The notes under the pieces are model-generated. The model saw only the letters and a program-made list of their open reading frames with translations. It was not told where the DNA came from and searched no databases. A DNA stretch of 24,220 nucleotides from a virus (Duplodnaviria > Caudoviricetes), in the IMG/VR virus record IMGVR_UViG_3300017548_000018, positions 1 through 24,220 of that record, one strand, 5' to 3'. Shown piece after piece: positions 1-8,785 of the stretch. The stretch's first letter is position 1. Each line of letters opens with the position of its first letter. Both the position numbers and the translations under genes were made by a program.

Positions 1-1443
1 GCTACTGACGTCGTGACATCCGTTGCCGCGTTGACGACGGCGGTGCGAATCAACGCCGCTCCGTTTGCGAGGTCAAGCTCGAGCGCCGCGCTGACCAACT
101 GGGCCACGGTGACCCTCGCCGGCGACCTCTATCGCGGTCCGGGTGGAGTGCTCGATCCGAATTTCTGGCTGGATTCGGTTCCGACGCTGGGCACGACTCT
201 CTACTACGATCCGACTCATATCGCGATCGCGCCGAACGGCGAGATCAGCTCCGACAGCAACGACTGCTCGGCGCTGGTGCAGTTCTGGGACGGCACGAGC
301 TGGGCGCTCGGCGTGGTCGTTATCACGCCGTACCTGGTGGGCTACGCGAAAGACGCGGCCAGCGCATCGGCGCAGCTGAGCACCGGCATCGAACTCGCGG
401 CCGCCGCGCAGGCGCTCGCAACCGTCGCTGCCGCATTCAGTACGGGCGCGGGGTTGTCCGCAGACGCGAGCGGTATCGCATCTGCGAGCGGCTCACTGGT
501 GACCGGGATCCCGCTCAGCGCGTTGGCAGCCGACGTATCTACGGCCGTCGCGGATCTCACAAACCAGATTCAGTTGCAGGCCGCCGCCCTCGACACTTCG
601 ACGGCGACAGCGAACTTAAACGGCGTGATTTCGCTGAATGCCGCAGCGAGCGCGATCACAGCCTCGCTTGCCGCGCTTTCGAATCAGATCCGCCTCGATG
701 CGATCGCATCGGATACGGCTACCGCTGCCGGATCGCTCCGCACGGACATACGTGTCAGCGGCGCGGCTCAAGATGTTGTGACTGCGGCAGGTTCGCTGCT
801 GACATCGATTCGACTGGGCGGAGCTGCGAACTCCCTGGCTGCTGCGGGCGGCGATCTCACGACACGCAATCCGCTGCTGGCTGCGGCGATCGACGTAGCA
901 ACTGTGATCGCGACGCTTGCTACAGGGATATCGCTGGAAGCGAATGCCCGCTCGATCTCACGCGCGAGCGGCACCCTGGTCAGCTCGATCAACTTACTGG
1001 CCGAGGCGAAGGTCGAGGCCCGGGCGACCGCGGTACTGACCGATGTTATTGAGACGCCGCCAGTCGGCGTATACGCGAGCGATCCACGCTTCGTGGTCGC
1101 AAAGAGCCGCTGGTCATTCTTCGGGAAGAATCACACTCCAGAGTTTGCACCGAAGCACGCAATCGAGCGGGCCGTGCTGACGTTCGATCTGTCCGGCGTG
1201 CTCACGTCTGATGAGACGCTCGAAGGGCCGATTGAGCTGACCATCATTGCAACAAGTGGGACGGACGGTGACGCGCGCGCCGTGTTCAACGGGTATCCGG
1301 CGTACGACATGACGAAGCGCAAGATCCTGCTGCCGGTCAAGGCTGGCGTGTGCGGCTGCAACTATTACATCAAGGTCGCCGCCGCGACGTCGAACAATCA
1401 GAAGTATCTCGCGATTGCGGGACTGCTGCCCATTCGGGGATAG
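1..1443 (+). CDS. 5'-partial Ala-rich virion fibre-like protein with tandem 20-aa repeats and a C-terminal domain resembling phage fibre adaptor proteins
   Basis: Frame is open from base 1 (ATDVVTSV...), so the true start is upstream of the window. About 12 repeats L-x-A-x-A-x5-A-x-(A/G)-x-L-x3-I. C-terminus PKHAIERAVLTFDLS...DETL...AGVCGCNYYIKVAAATS resembles small adaptor-type domains (recall). Confidence 0.75.
   Translation, partial: ATDVVTSVAALTTAVRINAAPFARSSSSAALTNWATVTLAGDLYRGPGGVLDPNFWLDSVPTLGTTLYYDPTHIAIAPNGEISSDSNDCSALVQFWDGTSWALGVVVITPYLVGYAKDAASASAQLSTGIELAAAAQALATVAAAFSTGAGLSADASGIASASGSLVTGIPLSALAADVSTAVADLTNQIQLQAAALDTSTATANLNGVISLNAAASAITASLAALSNQIRLDAIASDTATAAGSLRTDIRVSGAAQDVVTAAGSLLTSIRLGGAANSLAAAGGDLTTRNPLLAAAIDVATVIATLATGISLEANARSISRASGTLVSSINLLAEAKVEARATAVLTDVIETPPVGVYASDPRFVVAKSRWSFFGKNHTPEFAPKHAIERAVLTFDLSGVLTSDETLEGPIELTIIATSGTDGDARAVFNGYPAYDMTKRKILLPVKAGVCGCNYYIKVAAATSNNQKYLAIAGLLPIRG
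334..1041 (+). repeat. About 12 degenerate 60-bp (20-aa) coding repeats
   Basis: LVGYAKDAASASAQLSTGIE / LAAAAQALATVAAAFSTGAG / LSADASGIASASGSLVTGIP / LSALAADVSTAVADLTNQIQ / LQAAALDTSTATANLNGVIS ... / LLAEAKVEARATAVLT, with an exact 20-residue period and no indels. Confidence 0.9.
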
Positions 1444-1447
1444 AACG

Positions 1448-2674
1448 ATGCGCCTTCAGATCTGTGACCGCGACTACTACACGGTGGCCGCGCTCGGAAA
1501 GTCGCGCGAGATCACTCCGGAGGGCTTCCTGCTCTGCCGTGGTGTGGCGATCGCCAGGATCGGCGTGCAGACCTACGACTCTGCAGACCTGCCGATCGAG
1601 GCCGGCAGCAACGGCAAGATCATCGCCGAGCGGTTGCCCGAGGAAGTGTTCCGTCGCGAGACATTGGCGAGCTTCGAGGGCAAGCCGGTCACCGTGAATC
1701 ACCCGGACGGCGAGTTTGTCACTCCAGAGAACTGGAAGCGCTACTCGGTCGGCATCACGCAGAACGTTCGCCGGGGCGACGGAAGCGAGAGCGATCTGAT
1801 GCTCGCGGATTTGCTGATCACCTCGGCAGACGCGATCGCGTATGTGAATCGAGAGTTCCCGCAGATCTCTGCGGGCTATGACTGCGACTACGACCGCGTC
1901 GGTCCGGGCAAATACGTTCAGCGAAACATCATCGGCAACCACGTCGCCCTCGTGCGGACTGGCCGTGCCGGTCTCCGTTGTGCAATCAAAGATGAGGATA
2001 CGACTGTGAGCAAGAAAGGTACTACTTCGGACAAGCGGACCATCTGGGCGCGCATCCGCACTGCCATGAAGGCGAACGATTCGGCTGCTGTCGAAGCAGA
2101 GCTGGCGGAGGCCGAGCGGGTTGAGGCGGTGGCGACGACCGACGCCGCCGTCGAGCAGCTCGTGGAGCGAGTGTCGACGGTCGAGACCGGGCTGACGTCG
2201 CTGCAAACGGGTCTCGCCGATATCAAGAAGCTGCTCACGAAGGACGCCGAAGAGGAGGCCGCTGCTGCTGCTGCTGCCGCCGCGTCTGCGGCCAAGCAGC
2301 CTGTGTACACAGCCGATGCGGTGCGCGAGATCGTCGCGCGCGCCGAGATCCTCGCGCCTGGCATCTCGATCCCGACCACCGACGCGCTTGCTGCCGGCGA
2401 CGCCGCGCAGCAGCTCATGGCCGCAGCTCTGGAGAAGGCTCACACCACCGACGCCGGCGCCGAGTGCATCAAGCCGTTCCTCATGGGACGCGAGCTGAAG
2501 GAGCTGACCGGCGATGCATTGCTGGGCGTGTTCAACGGCACGGCCGAACTCATGCGAACGCGCAACAACCAGCGTATCGGGCGGCCAGCCGCGGCGACCA
2601 CGGACAACAAGCCGCCGCTGTCGATCGACGACATCAATAAGGCGAACGCCGATTTCTGGGCGAACCGGAAGTAA
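1448..2674 (+). CDS. Prohead protease-scaffold fusion (DUF2213-like)
   Basis: Motifs TPEGFLLC..VAIARIGVQTY, SFEGKPVTVNHP, ISAGYDCDY, NHVALV..GRAG..CAI. Ala/Glu-rich helical C-terminal half. ATG at 1448, just after the upstream stop, is preferred to 1415. Confidence 0.9.
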   Translation: MRLQICDRDYYTVAALGKSREITPEGFLLCRGVAIARIGVQTYDSADLPIEAGSNGKIIAERLPEEVFRRETLASFEGKPVTVNHPDGEFVTPENWKRYSVGITQNVRRGDGSESDLMLADLLITSADAIAYVNREFPQISAGYDCDYDRVGPGKYVQRNIIGNHVALVRTGRAGLRCAIKDEDTTVSKKGTTSDKRTIWARIRTAMKANDSAAVEAELAEAERVEAVATTDAAVEQLVERVSTVETGLTSLQTGLADIKKLLTKDAEEEAAAAAAAAASAAKQPVYTADAVREIVARAEILAPGISIPTTDALAAGDAAQQLMAAALEKAHTTDAGAECIKPFLMGRELKELTGDALLGVFNGTAELMRTRNNQRIGRPAAATTDNKPPLSIDDINKANADFWANRK

Positions 2675-2707
2675 CAAACCCGATCCACTCTCACTGAGGA
2701 CTCAGCA

Positions 2708-3199
2708 ATGACTGCATATTTGTATCGGATGGGCCACGGGGTGGCGGGTGACATCACTCGTCAGTCACAGGCGACCACGATTGAACCCGCTGTGCTTGGC
2801 GCGACGCCGTTCCCGGCATACGGCCTATTCGGAAAGATGGTTTCCGGGAAATTCGTCCCGATCGGCGCTGGCGACACTGCGGATGATGTCCACGCGCTGC
2901 TTCTGCGACCGTTTCCGACACAGGGCGCGAACGCGAGCGATCCGCTCGCCACTGCTGTTCCGCCTACCTCTGGCATGGCGGACAAGCTTCGGCGTGGTTA
3001 CGCCGCCGTGAAGGTGAATGCTGGCGCTGCTGCGGACGAAGGCGCTGTGTACATCCGTGTCGATGCGGCGGCGGCCGGCAAGCCGATCAGCGGCATCGAA
3101 GCAGCTGCGGACGGCGCAAACACCATTGCGGTGCCCGGTGCCAAGTTCAAAAGCCCTGCCGACGCGAACGGCATCGCCGAGATCGAGTTCAACATCTAA
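2708..3199 (+). CDS. Head decoration / capsid cement protein
   Basis: 163 aa between protease and major capsid gene. N-terminal YLYRM..GVAGDITR and C-terminal ADANGIAEIEFNI are typical. SD GAGGA upstream. Confidence 0.8.
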   Translation: MTAYLYRMGHGVAGDITRQSQATTIEPAVLGATPFPAYGLFGKMVSGKFVPIGAGDTADDVHALLLRPFPTQGANASDPLATAVPPTSGMADKLRRGYAAVKVNAGAAADEGAVYIRVDAAAAGKPISGIEAAADGANTIAVPGAKFKSPADANGIAEIEFNI

Positions 3200-3225
3200 G
3201 CAACGCCGCCAACCCAGAAACCCAC

Positions 3226-3263
3226 AAAGGGCTCACCTCTCGCGAGGTGGGCCCTTTTCTTTT
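3226..3263 (+). terminator. Intrinsic terminator-like hairpin directly upstream of the major capsid RBS
   Basis: AAAGGGCTCACCTC-TCGC-GAGGTGGGCCCTTT (14 bp, one G-U pair) followed by TCTTTT. Confidence 0.7.
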
Positions 3264-3276
3264 GGAGCAAAGAAAC

Positions 3277-4317
3277 ATGATCTTCTCGAAGAGCAAACTG
3301 CAGCGCGCGGCTCAGGTCGCGTTGCTGAGCAAGCGGATCCAGACTCGTGACGGACTGATGACGTTCGACCAGGCAACGGTTGACTCGTCCGGTGCGTTCC
3401 TCGTTGGCGAGCTCGAGCGCCTCGATCAGACGCTGAACATGCCGCTCGCGTCCTACACGTGGAGCCGCGATATCGATCTGCGCAGTGACGTGTCGATGGG
3501 TGACGAGAGCAGCTCGTTCACCAACTCGTCCTTCGGCGCGGTGCCTGGCGTCCCGGGATCCGGCAAGGCCTGGATCAGCAAGAACGGGAACGCGATCACC
3601 GGCGTCAGTGTCGATATCGGTAAGACGCCGTCCCCGCTCACGTTGTGGGCCATGCAGCTCGGCTGGACCATCCCGGAGTTGGAGAGCGCACAGAAGCTCG
3701 GCCGACCGGTCGACACCCAGAAATTCGAAGGCATGCAGCTCAAGTACCAGATGGACGTGGACGAGCAGGTCTACATGGGTGACACCGCGCTCGGCTACAG
3801 GGGCATGCTGAATCACGGATTGATGCCGGTCTCGAATGCGCAGACGGGCAGTTGGGGCACCGCTACTGCCGCTCAGATGATCGATGACGTGAACGAGTTG
3901 CTCAACAGCGCATGGAAAGCGTCCGGCTATGCTGTGTGCCCGGAGATCCTGCTCCTGCCTCCGGAGAAGTTCGCAAAGATCGGTGCGACGATCGTCAGCA
4001 ACGCCGGTAATCAGAGCGTTCTGGAGTATCTGACGAAGAATTGCATCAGCAACCGCGTCAACGGCAAGCCGCTCGATGTGCGTCCGCTGAAGTGGCTGAC
4101 AGGCTCGACTTCAGGCGGTCAAGGTCCGGGCCAGTCTGGCGCCGATCGCATGGTCGCCTACACGAAGAGCAAGCGCTTCATCCGCTTCCCGCTCGTGCCC
4201 ATGCAGCGCACGCCGCTGGAATACCGCGATCTGCGCCAGCTCACGACGTACTTCTGCCGCCTCGGTGTGGTGGAGCTGGTGTATCCGGAGACCATCGCCG
4301 CGCGCGACGGCATCTGA
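3277..4317 (+). CDS. Major capsid protein (DUF2184-like)
   Basis: 346 aa from ATG 3277 with SD GGAG at 3264. Motifs GAFLVGELERLD, TWSRDIDLR, LGRPVDTQK, DRMVAY, GVVELVYPETI..DGI. Position in head module. Confidence 0.93.
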   Translation: MIFSKSKLQRAAQVALLSKRIQTRDGLMTFDQATVDSSGAFLVGELERLDQTLNMPLASYTWSRDIDLRSDVSMGDESSSFTNSSFGAVPGVPGSGKAWISKNGNAITGVSVDIGKTPSPLTLWAMQLGWTIPELESAQKLGRPVDTQKFEGMQLKYQMDVDEQVYMGDTALGYRGMLNHGLMPVSNAQTGSWGTATAAQMIDDVNELLNSAWKASGYAVCPEILLLPPEKFAKIGATIVSNAGNQSVLEYLTKNCISNRVNGKPLDVRPLKWLTGSTSGGQGPGQSGADRMVAYTKSKRFIRFPLVPMQRTPLEYRDLRQLTTYFCRLGVVELVYPETIAARDGI

Positions 4318-4352
4318 TCGGCAACGCATCTCTGGCAACGAAGGACCAGGCA

Positions 4353-4787
4353 ATGAAACTTATCGCATCGGCGCCGTTCGAGCTCACGCTGAAGAACGGC
4401 GAGAAAAAGCAGTACGTGCTCGGCGAGCAGATTGCCGCTGAACACGCCGATCACTGGTGGGTGAAGGCTCACTCGACGGAGGTCGATGCTAAGGCCGAGT
4501 CGGCACGCCTAGCTGAGCAGGAGGCCGGCGCGGCGGAGTTGCAGCGCCTCAAGGATGAGAACTCGCGGCTCTGGATCAGGAACTCTAATCTTGAGGAGGA
4601 CCTGGAGAAGCTCGCCGCGGAAGTGCAGCAGCTTCGGCCGCTGGTCGAGAGGGCTCAGGAACAAGAGAAGGAACTCGCAACGCTCCGCGCACAACGCGAT
4701 TCGCTCAAGGCAGAGCTGGCGGCGGGGACCGATCAGACGAAGGACGGCGGAAAGAAGAAGAGCGACAAGGAAACGTTGTCGAAGTAA
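4353..4787 (+). CDS. Phage head-associated protein with C-terminal coiled coil (STY1053-like N-terminus)
   Basis: ATG 4353. N-terminal PFELTL...ADHWWVKAH motif followed by an E/K/Q/L-rich heptad region. Lies directly after the capsid gene. Confidence 0.7.
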   Translation: MKLIASAPFELTLKNGEKKQYVLGEQIAAEHADHWWVKAHSTEVDAKAESARLAEQEAGAAELQRLKDENSRLWIRNSNLEEDLEKLAAEVQQLRPLVERAQEQEKELATLRAQRDSLKAELAAGTDQTKDGGKKKSDKETLSK

Positions 4788-4796
4788 GCTGCTGCC

Positions 4797-5183
4797 ATGT
4801 TCGTCGCCGAAATATTCCGCCAGCGATTCCCGGAGTTCAGGGATCCGGCACTGTATCCCAATGCAGTGCTGGATTTCTGGGCCGGGATTGCTGGCGCGAT
4901 TGTCAATGGCGATCGCTGGGGGCAGCTGCATGATCACGGCGTGAGCCTGGTACTTGCACATCACCTGGTGATCGCGGGCCGAAACAAGGAAGCATCCGAA
5001 GTCGGCGGCACACCGGGCGAGGTCAAGGGGCCGCTGAATTCGAGGACGGTCGACAAAGTCACGAATAGCTGGAACTCCGCTGCGGTATCTGAGAAGGATG
5101 CTGGATTCTGGAACTCGACGAGTTACGGCCAGGAATATATCCGGCTGGCGCGCTGGATCGGCGCAGGCGGCATTCAGCTGTGA
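4797..5183 (+). CDS. Head-tail adaptor (DUF4054-like)
   Basis: FRQRFPEFRD...YP, LVLAHHL, WNSTSYGQEY..L...GAGG motifs. Confidence 0.85.
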   Translation: MFVAEIFRQRFPEFRDPALYPNAVLDFWAGIAGAIVNGDRWGQLHDHGVSLVLAHHLVIAGRNKEASEVGGTPGEVKGPLNSRTVDKVTNSWNSAAVSEKDAGFWNSTSYGQEYIRLARWIGAGGIQL

Positions 5184-5761
5184 AGACTCTCAAGCGCCTG
5201 ACGGTCACAAAGGACTCAGTGTCCCAAGTGATTGCAAGCCTCACTGAGCTTGTACAACAGCAGGTTCTCGTCGGATACCCGGACAGCACGAGCGACCGCG
5301 ACGAAGAGACCGACGGGCCGATGACGAATGCGACCCTTGGTTACATTCACGAGAACGGCTCGCCGAAAGCGAACATTCCGGAGCGACCGCATCTGGTCCC
5401 TGGCGTGCGGAAGGCCGAGGAAAGGGCCGTCGCGTACATGGAGAAGGCAGCAAAGGCTACACTGAGCCGCGACCCAAAGAGGGCAAACGCGTATCTCAAC
5501 GATGCCGGCATCGTCGCAATGAACAGCGCTCGCAACGAGATCACGACGGGTGACTTCGTGCCGCTTCAGCCGGGCACGGTGGCCGCGCGCCATCGCAGCC
5601 GAAAGACCAAGTCGATGCGCAAGAGCGAGATCAAGTATCTCGAGCTGATCGCCCAGGGCATGGCGCCGGGGGCGGCGCAAGACGCCGCGGGAATCCGGCC
5701 GTTGATCAACACCGGGCAGTTGCGCAACGCGATCACGTACGTGCTGAGGAAGCGGAGCTGA
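5180..5761 (+). CDS. Neck / virion morphogenesis protein
   Basis: VLVGYP, NATLGYIHENGSP..NIPERPHL, PLINTGQLRNAITY. GTGA overlap with the upstream gene. Confidence 0.8.
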   Translation: MKTLKRLTVTKDSVSQVIASLTELVQQQVLVGYPDSTSDRDEETDGPMTNATLGYIHENGSPKANIPERPHLVPGVRKAEERAVAYMEKAAKATLSRDPKRANAYLNDAGIVAMNSARNEITTGDFVPLQPGTVAARHRSRKTKSMRKSEIKYLELIAQGMAPGAAQDAAGIRPLINTGQLRNAITYVLRKRS

Positions 5762-6156
5762 TGGCCCGCACCGATGTTACCGATGCGCTGCTCGATCCCG
5801 ATTTCATCGATCGACTGGTCTGCGAGCGTAATGTGCAGTCCGTTGGCGACGATGGCATCGCACGCAACACGCCGACCGAGCTGCCCGTCTACGGCTGCGT
5901 GACGACGAATTCTGACGCCGTGCTTGAACGCACGCCGACCGGCGAGCGAGTCAAGGGTGCGATCATCGTACACACGAAGTTCCGGCTCATTGCCGGCGAT
6001 GATGAGCACACGGCAGACGAGCTGCGGTGGAAGGGCCGGCGCTTTGTCGTCGCCGACGTAAATGACAACTCCCATTTCGGTCGCGGCTTCTGCCGGGCCG
6101 TCTGTGATCTGCTGCCGCTCAGCGGCGGCACGCGTACAGACAACGATCTGAGCTGA
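5761..6156 (+). CDS. Head closure / head-tail joining protein
   Basis: DVTDALLDPDF..D, ADEL.WKGRRFVV, FGRGF. TGATG coupling. Neck module position. Confidence 0.75.
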   Translation: MARTDVTDALLDPDFIDRLVCERNVQSVGDDGIARNTPTELPVYGCVTTNSDAVLERTPTGERVKGAIIVHTKFRLIAGDDEHTADELRWKGRRFVVADVNDNSHFGRGFCRAVCDLLPLSGGTRTDNDLS

Positions 6157-6161
6157 TCCCC

Positions 6162-6755
6162 ATGGCCAATGATTCGTCGACCGGTGGTTACCTGCTGCCG
6201 GCGGACGCCCCTGCGCCTGAAGAAGACGCGGAACTCGACGCGCTGTTCCAGGCGGCCGTTCGAAACATCACAGGCCTGCCTGGTTCTCTGGTGCGGCCAC
6301 GGTGGCAGCCAGGTAACCCGAAGCAGCCCGAGCCCGGCGTCGACTGGTGCGCGATCGGCGTGATGGTGCAGGAGCCTGATGCCGGACCGGCGTTGATCCC
6401 GGAAGGCGACGGGAGCGGCGCGACCAGGTCGGAGCGCCATGAAGAGATCGAGGTCCTCGCGACGTTCTACGGTCCGCACCGGCAGGCATTCGCCGCCAGG
6501 CTGCGAGACGGCATCGCGATCCCTCAGAACATGGAGGCGTTGCAGACGTCTGCAATCGGCTTCGTCGAGTGCGGTCCGATCCGATCCATCCCCGAGATCG
6601 TCAACCAGCAGTGGATACGCCGCAGCGACATGCTGCTGCGATTCCGCCGCAAGGCGACGCACATCTACCCGATACGAACCATCGCGGCCGCGGACATTCA
6701 CCTGTTCGACGACACGCACATCGATGAGTACATCACGGTGCCGCCAGCGCCATAA
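6162..6755 (+). CDS. Tail terminator / neck terminator protein
   Basis: MANDSSTGGYL.P, ITGLPG.LVRPRWQ, FYGP, NQQWIRR.D. Immediately before the sheath gene. Confidence 0.8.
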   Translation: MANDSSTGGYLLPADAPAPEEDAELDALFQAAVRNITGLPGSLVRPRWQPGNPKQPEPGVDWCAIGVMVQEPDAGPALIPEGDGSGATRSERHEEIEVLATFYGPHRQAFAARLRDGIAIPQNMEALQTSAIGFVECGPIRSIPEIVNQQWIRRSDMLLRFRRKATHIYPIRTIAAADIHLFDDTHIDEYITVPPAP

Positions 6756-6772
6756 ATTTGGAGTCTTCAACA

Positions 6773-8257
6773 ATGACCGGTCTACCTGTAAGCAACGTTG
6801 TCAATGTCACGGTCGAGCTGTCGCCGCTGGCAGCGCAGGAACGCAACTTCGGCAGCCTGCTGATCCTCACCGACTCGAACGTGATCGACACGCAGGAGCG
6901 GTTTCGGGCATATAGCTCGCTCGATAGCATCGCGGCGGACTCCGGCATAGAGTCGCCGGAGTACAAAGCGGCGCAGCTGTACTTCAGCCAATCGCCGCAG
7001 CCGCAAATCTGCTATGTCGGCCGGTGGGCGCGAACAGGCACGCGCGGCCAGTTGCGTGGCGCTGTCCTATCGGCCGCGCAGCGCGCCCTCGATAACTTCA
7101 CGTCGATTATCAGCGGTGGCATGAACGTCACCGTGGACGGCGTCGTACACGCGCTCGTAGGGCTGGATTTCTCGACCGTGACCAATTTGAACGGCGTGGC
7201 ATCGATCATCCAGACGGCGCTCGGTGTCGCTGGGACGGTGACTTGGGATGCGAACAACGGCCGCTTCATTATCCGCAGCGCGACGACCGGACCGACTTCC
7301 GGCGTCAGCTTCGCCAGTGCCCCGAACGCTGGCACCGATATTTCCACTCTGCTCGGGCTGCGCTCAAACTCCGGCGGCTACTCGGTCCAGGGCGTCGCCG
7401 CCGAATCACTGCTGACAGCGGTGCACGCTCTGGGCAGCGCGACGAGCAAGTGGTACGGCTTGGTGATTGCGGCATCGGTCACGCCGACGGATGCGGATTA
7501 CATCGCGGTCGCTGGCTACATCGAGTCCGCCCGCGTCTCTCGCATCTTCGGTGTCACGACGCAGGATCCATCCACGCTCGACCATGTGAGCACTGATGAC
7601 TTGGCGAGCCAACTCAAGGCGCTGAAGTTGAAGCGCACGTTCTCGCTTTTCTGCAGCAGCAACGCTCACGCTGCGGCGTCGATCTTCGGCCGCGCCTTTA
7701 CGGTCGACTTCGACGGCAGCAACACGACGATCACACTGAAGTTCAAGCAGCTGCCGGGCGTCGTCGCGGAGATGCTTACTGAGACGCAGGCCGCAGCCCT
7801 GGCCAGCAAGAGCTGCAACGTCTTCGTCACTTACAACAATGACACCGCCATCGTGCAGGAAGGCGTGATGGCGAATGGTTATTTCTTCGACGAAGTGCAC
7901 GGTACCGACTGGCAGCAGAATGCAATTGAGACGGAGCTCTACAACGCCTTCTACACGAGCCCGACGAAGATCCCGCAGACAGACCCGGGCGTCACCCAGC
8001 TCATCGCGGCGTGCAGCGTCGCCTGCGAGCAAGGCGTCGCGAATGGGCTCAGCGCACCTGGCGTGTGGAATGGTCCGCGAGTCGGCGCGATCAACCCGGG
8101 TGACACGCTCCCGGCTGGTTACTACATCTACGCGGCACCGGTCGCCACTCAGTCGCGGGCGGATCGCGAGGCGCGCAAGGCGCCGGTGATCCAGATCGCG
8201 ATCAAGCTTGCCGGCGCCATCCACTCGGCCAACGTGATCGTCAACGTCAACCGCTGA
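6773..8257 (+). CDS. Contractile tail sheath protein (DUF3383-like)
   Basis: 494 aa from ATG 6773 (SD GGAG). LPVSNVVNV, PEYKAAQLYFSQSPQP, TLKFKQLPGV, FFDEVHG.DW, KIPQTD.G, LAGAIHS..V.VNVNR. Confidence 0.93.
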   Translation: MTGLPVSNVVNVTVELSPLAAQERNFGSLLILTDSNVIDTQERFRAYSSLDSIAADSGIESPEYKAAQLYFSQSPQPQICYVGRWARTGTRGQLRGAVLSAAQRALDNFTSIISGGMNVTVDGVVHALVGLDFSTVTNLNGVASIIQTALGVAGTVTWDANNGRFIIRSATTGPTSGVSFASAPNAGTDISTLLGLRSNSGGYSVQGVAAESLLTAVHALGSATSKWYGLVIAASVTPTDADYIAVAGYIESARVSRIFGVTTQDPSTLDHVSTDDLASQLKALKLKRTFSLFCSSNAHAAASIFGRAFTVDFDGSNTTITLKFKQLPGVVAEMLTETQAAALASKSCNVFVTYNNDTAIVQEGVMANGYFFDEVHGTDWQQNAIETELYNAFYTSPTKIPQTDPGVTQLIAACSVACEQGVANGLSAPGVWNGPRVGAINPGDTLPAGYYIYAAPVATQSRADREARKAPVIQIAIKLAGAIHSANVIVNVNR

Positions 8258-8283
8258 TCCATTGCCCCGAATCGATTCAATGT

Positions 8284-8311
8284 GGCCGCCCAGGAGGCGG
8301 CTTCTTAATTT
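8284..8311 (+). terminator. Terminator-like hairpin between sheath and tube genes
   Basis: GGCCGCC-CAGGA-GGCGGCT followed by TCTTAATTT. Confidence 0.55.
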
Positions 8312-8326
8312 CTGGAGCATCGAAAG

Positions 8327-8770
8327 ATGAGTGACACATACAGCTTTATGGACGTTGCCGCGTCGCTGACCGGACCCGGCGGGCAGATCGATCTCGGCTA
8401 CGGTGCAGCCGTCGCCGAGGAAGGCATCACAATCGATCCGGCCGGCGACAAGAACACGATGACGATCGGCGCTGACGGCGAAGGCATGCACAGCATGCAC
8501 GCCGACAAGTCGGGCACGGTCACCGTTCGCTTTCTCAAAACGTCGCCGCAGAATGCGAAGCTGCAGCATCTGTATAACGCGCAGCAGCTCGCCCCGGCGC
8601 TCTGGGGTAACAACGTCATTGTCGTCAGGCTTCCTCGCACTGGCGAGATTACGACCGCGCGCAGCTGTGCCTTCAAGAAGAAACCCAGTGTCGTCTACGC
8701 GAAGGTCGGCCCGATGCTGGAATGGGTGTTCGACAGCGTAAAGATCGACACCGTGCTCGGCACGTACTAA
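8327..8770 (+). CDS. Tail tube protein (DUF3277-like)
   Basis: TYSFMDV.ASLTGPGG, AEEGIT, MTIGADGEGMHS.HADKSG.VTVR.LKTSP.N. Follows the sheath gene. Confidence 0.9.
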   Translation: MSDTYSFMDVAASLTGPGGQIDLGYGAAVAEEGITIDPAGDKNTMTIGADGEGMHSMHADKSGTVTVRFLKTSPQNAKLQHLYNAQQLAPALWGNNVIVVRLPRTGEITTARSCAFKKKPSVVYAKVGPMLEWVFDSVKIDTVLGTY

Positions 8771-8785
8771 CAGAGGGCCGCGCGC

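Noticed and set aside
334-1041. 60-bp periodicity as a CRISPR array or DNA-level repeat
   Set aside because: Conservation is at the protein level only; there are no identical nucleotide repeats with spacers.
2258-2284. (GCT)5 microsatellite / poly-Ala tract
   Set aside because: In-frame low-complexity linker in the scaffold; length changes would not switch expression.
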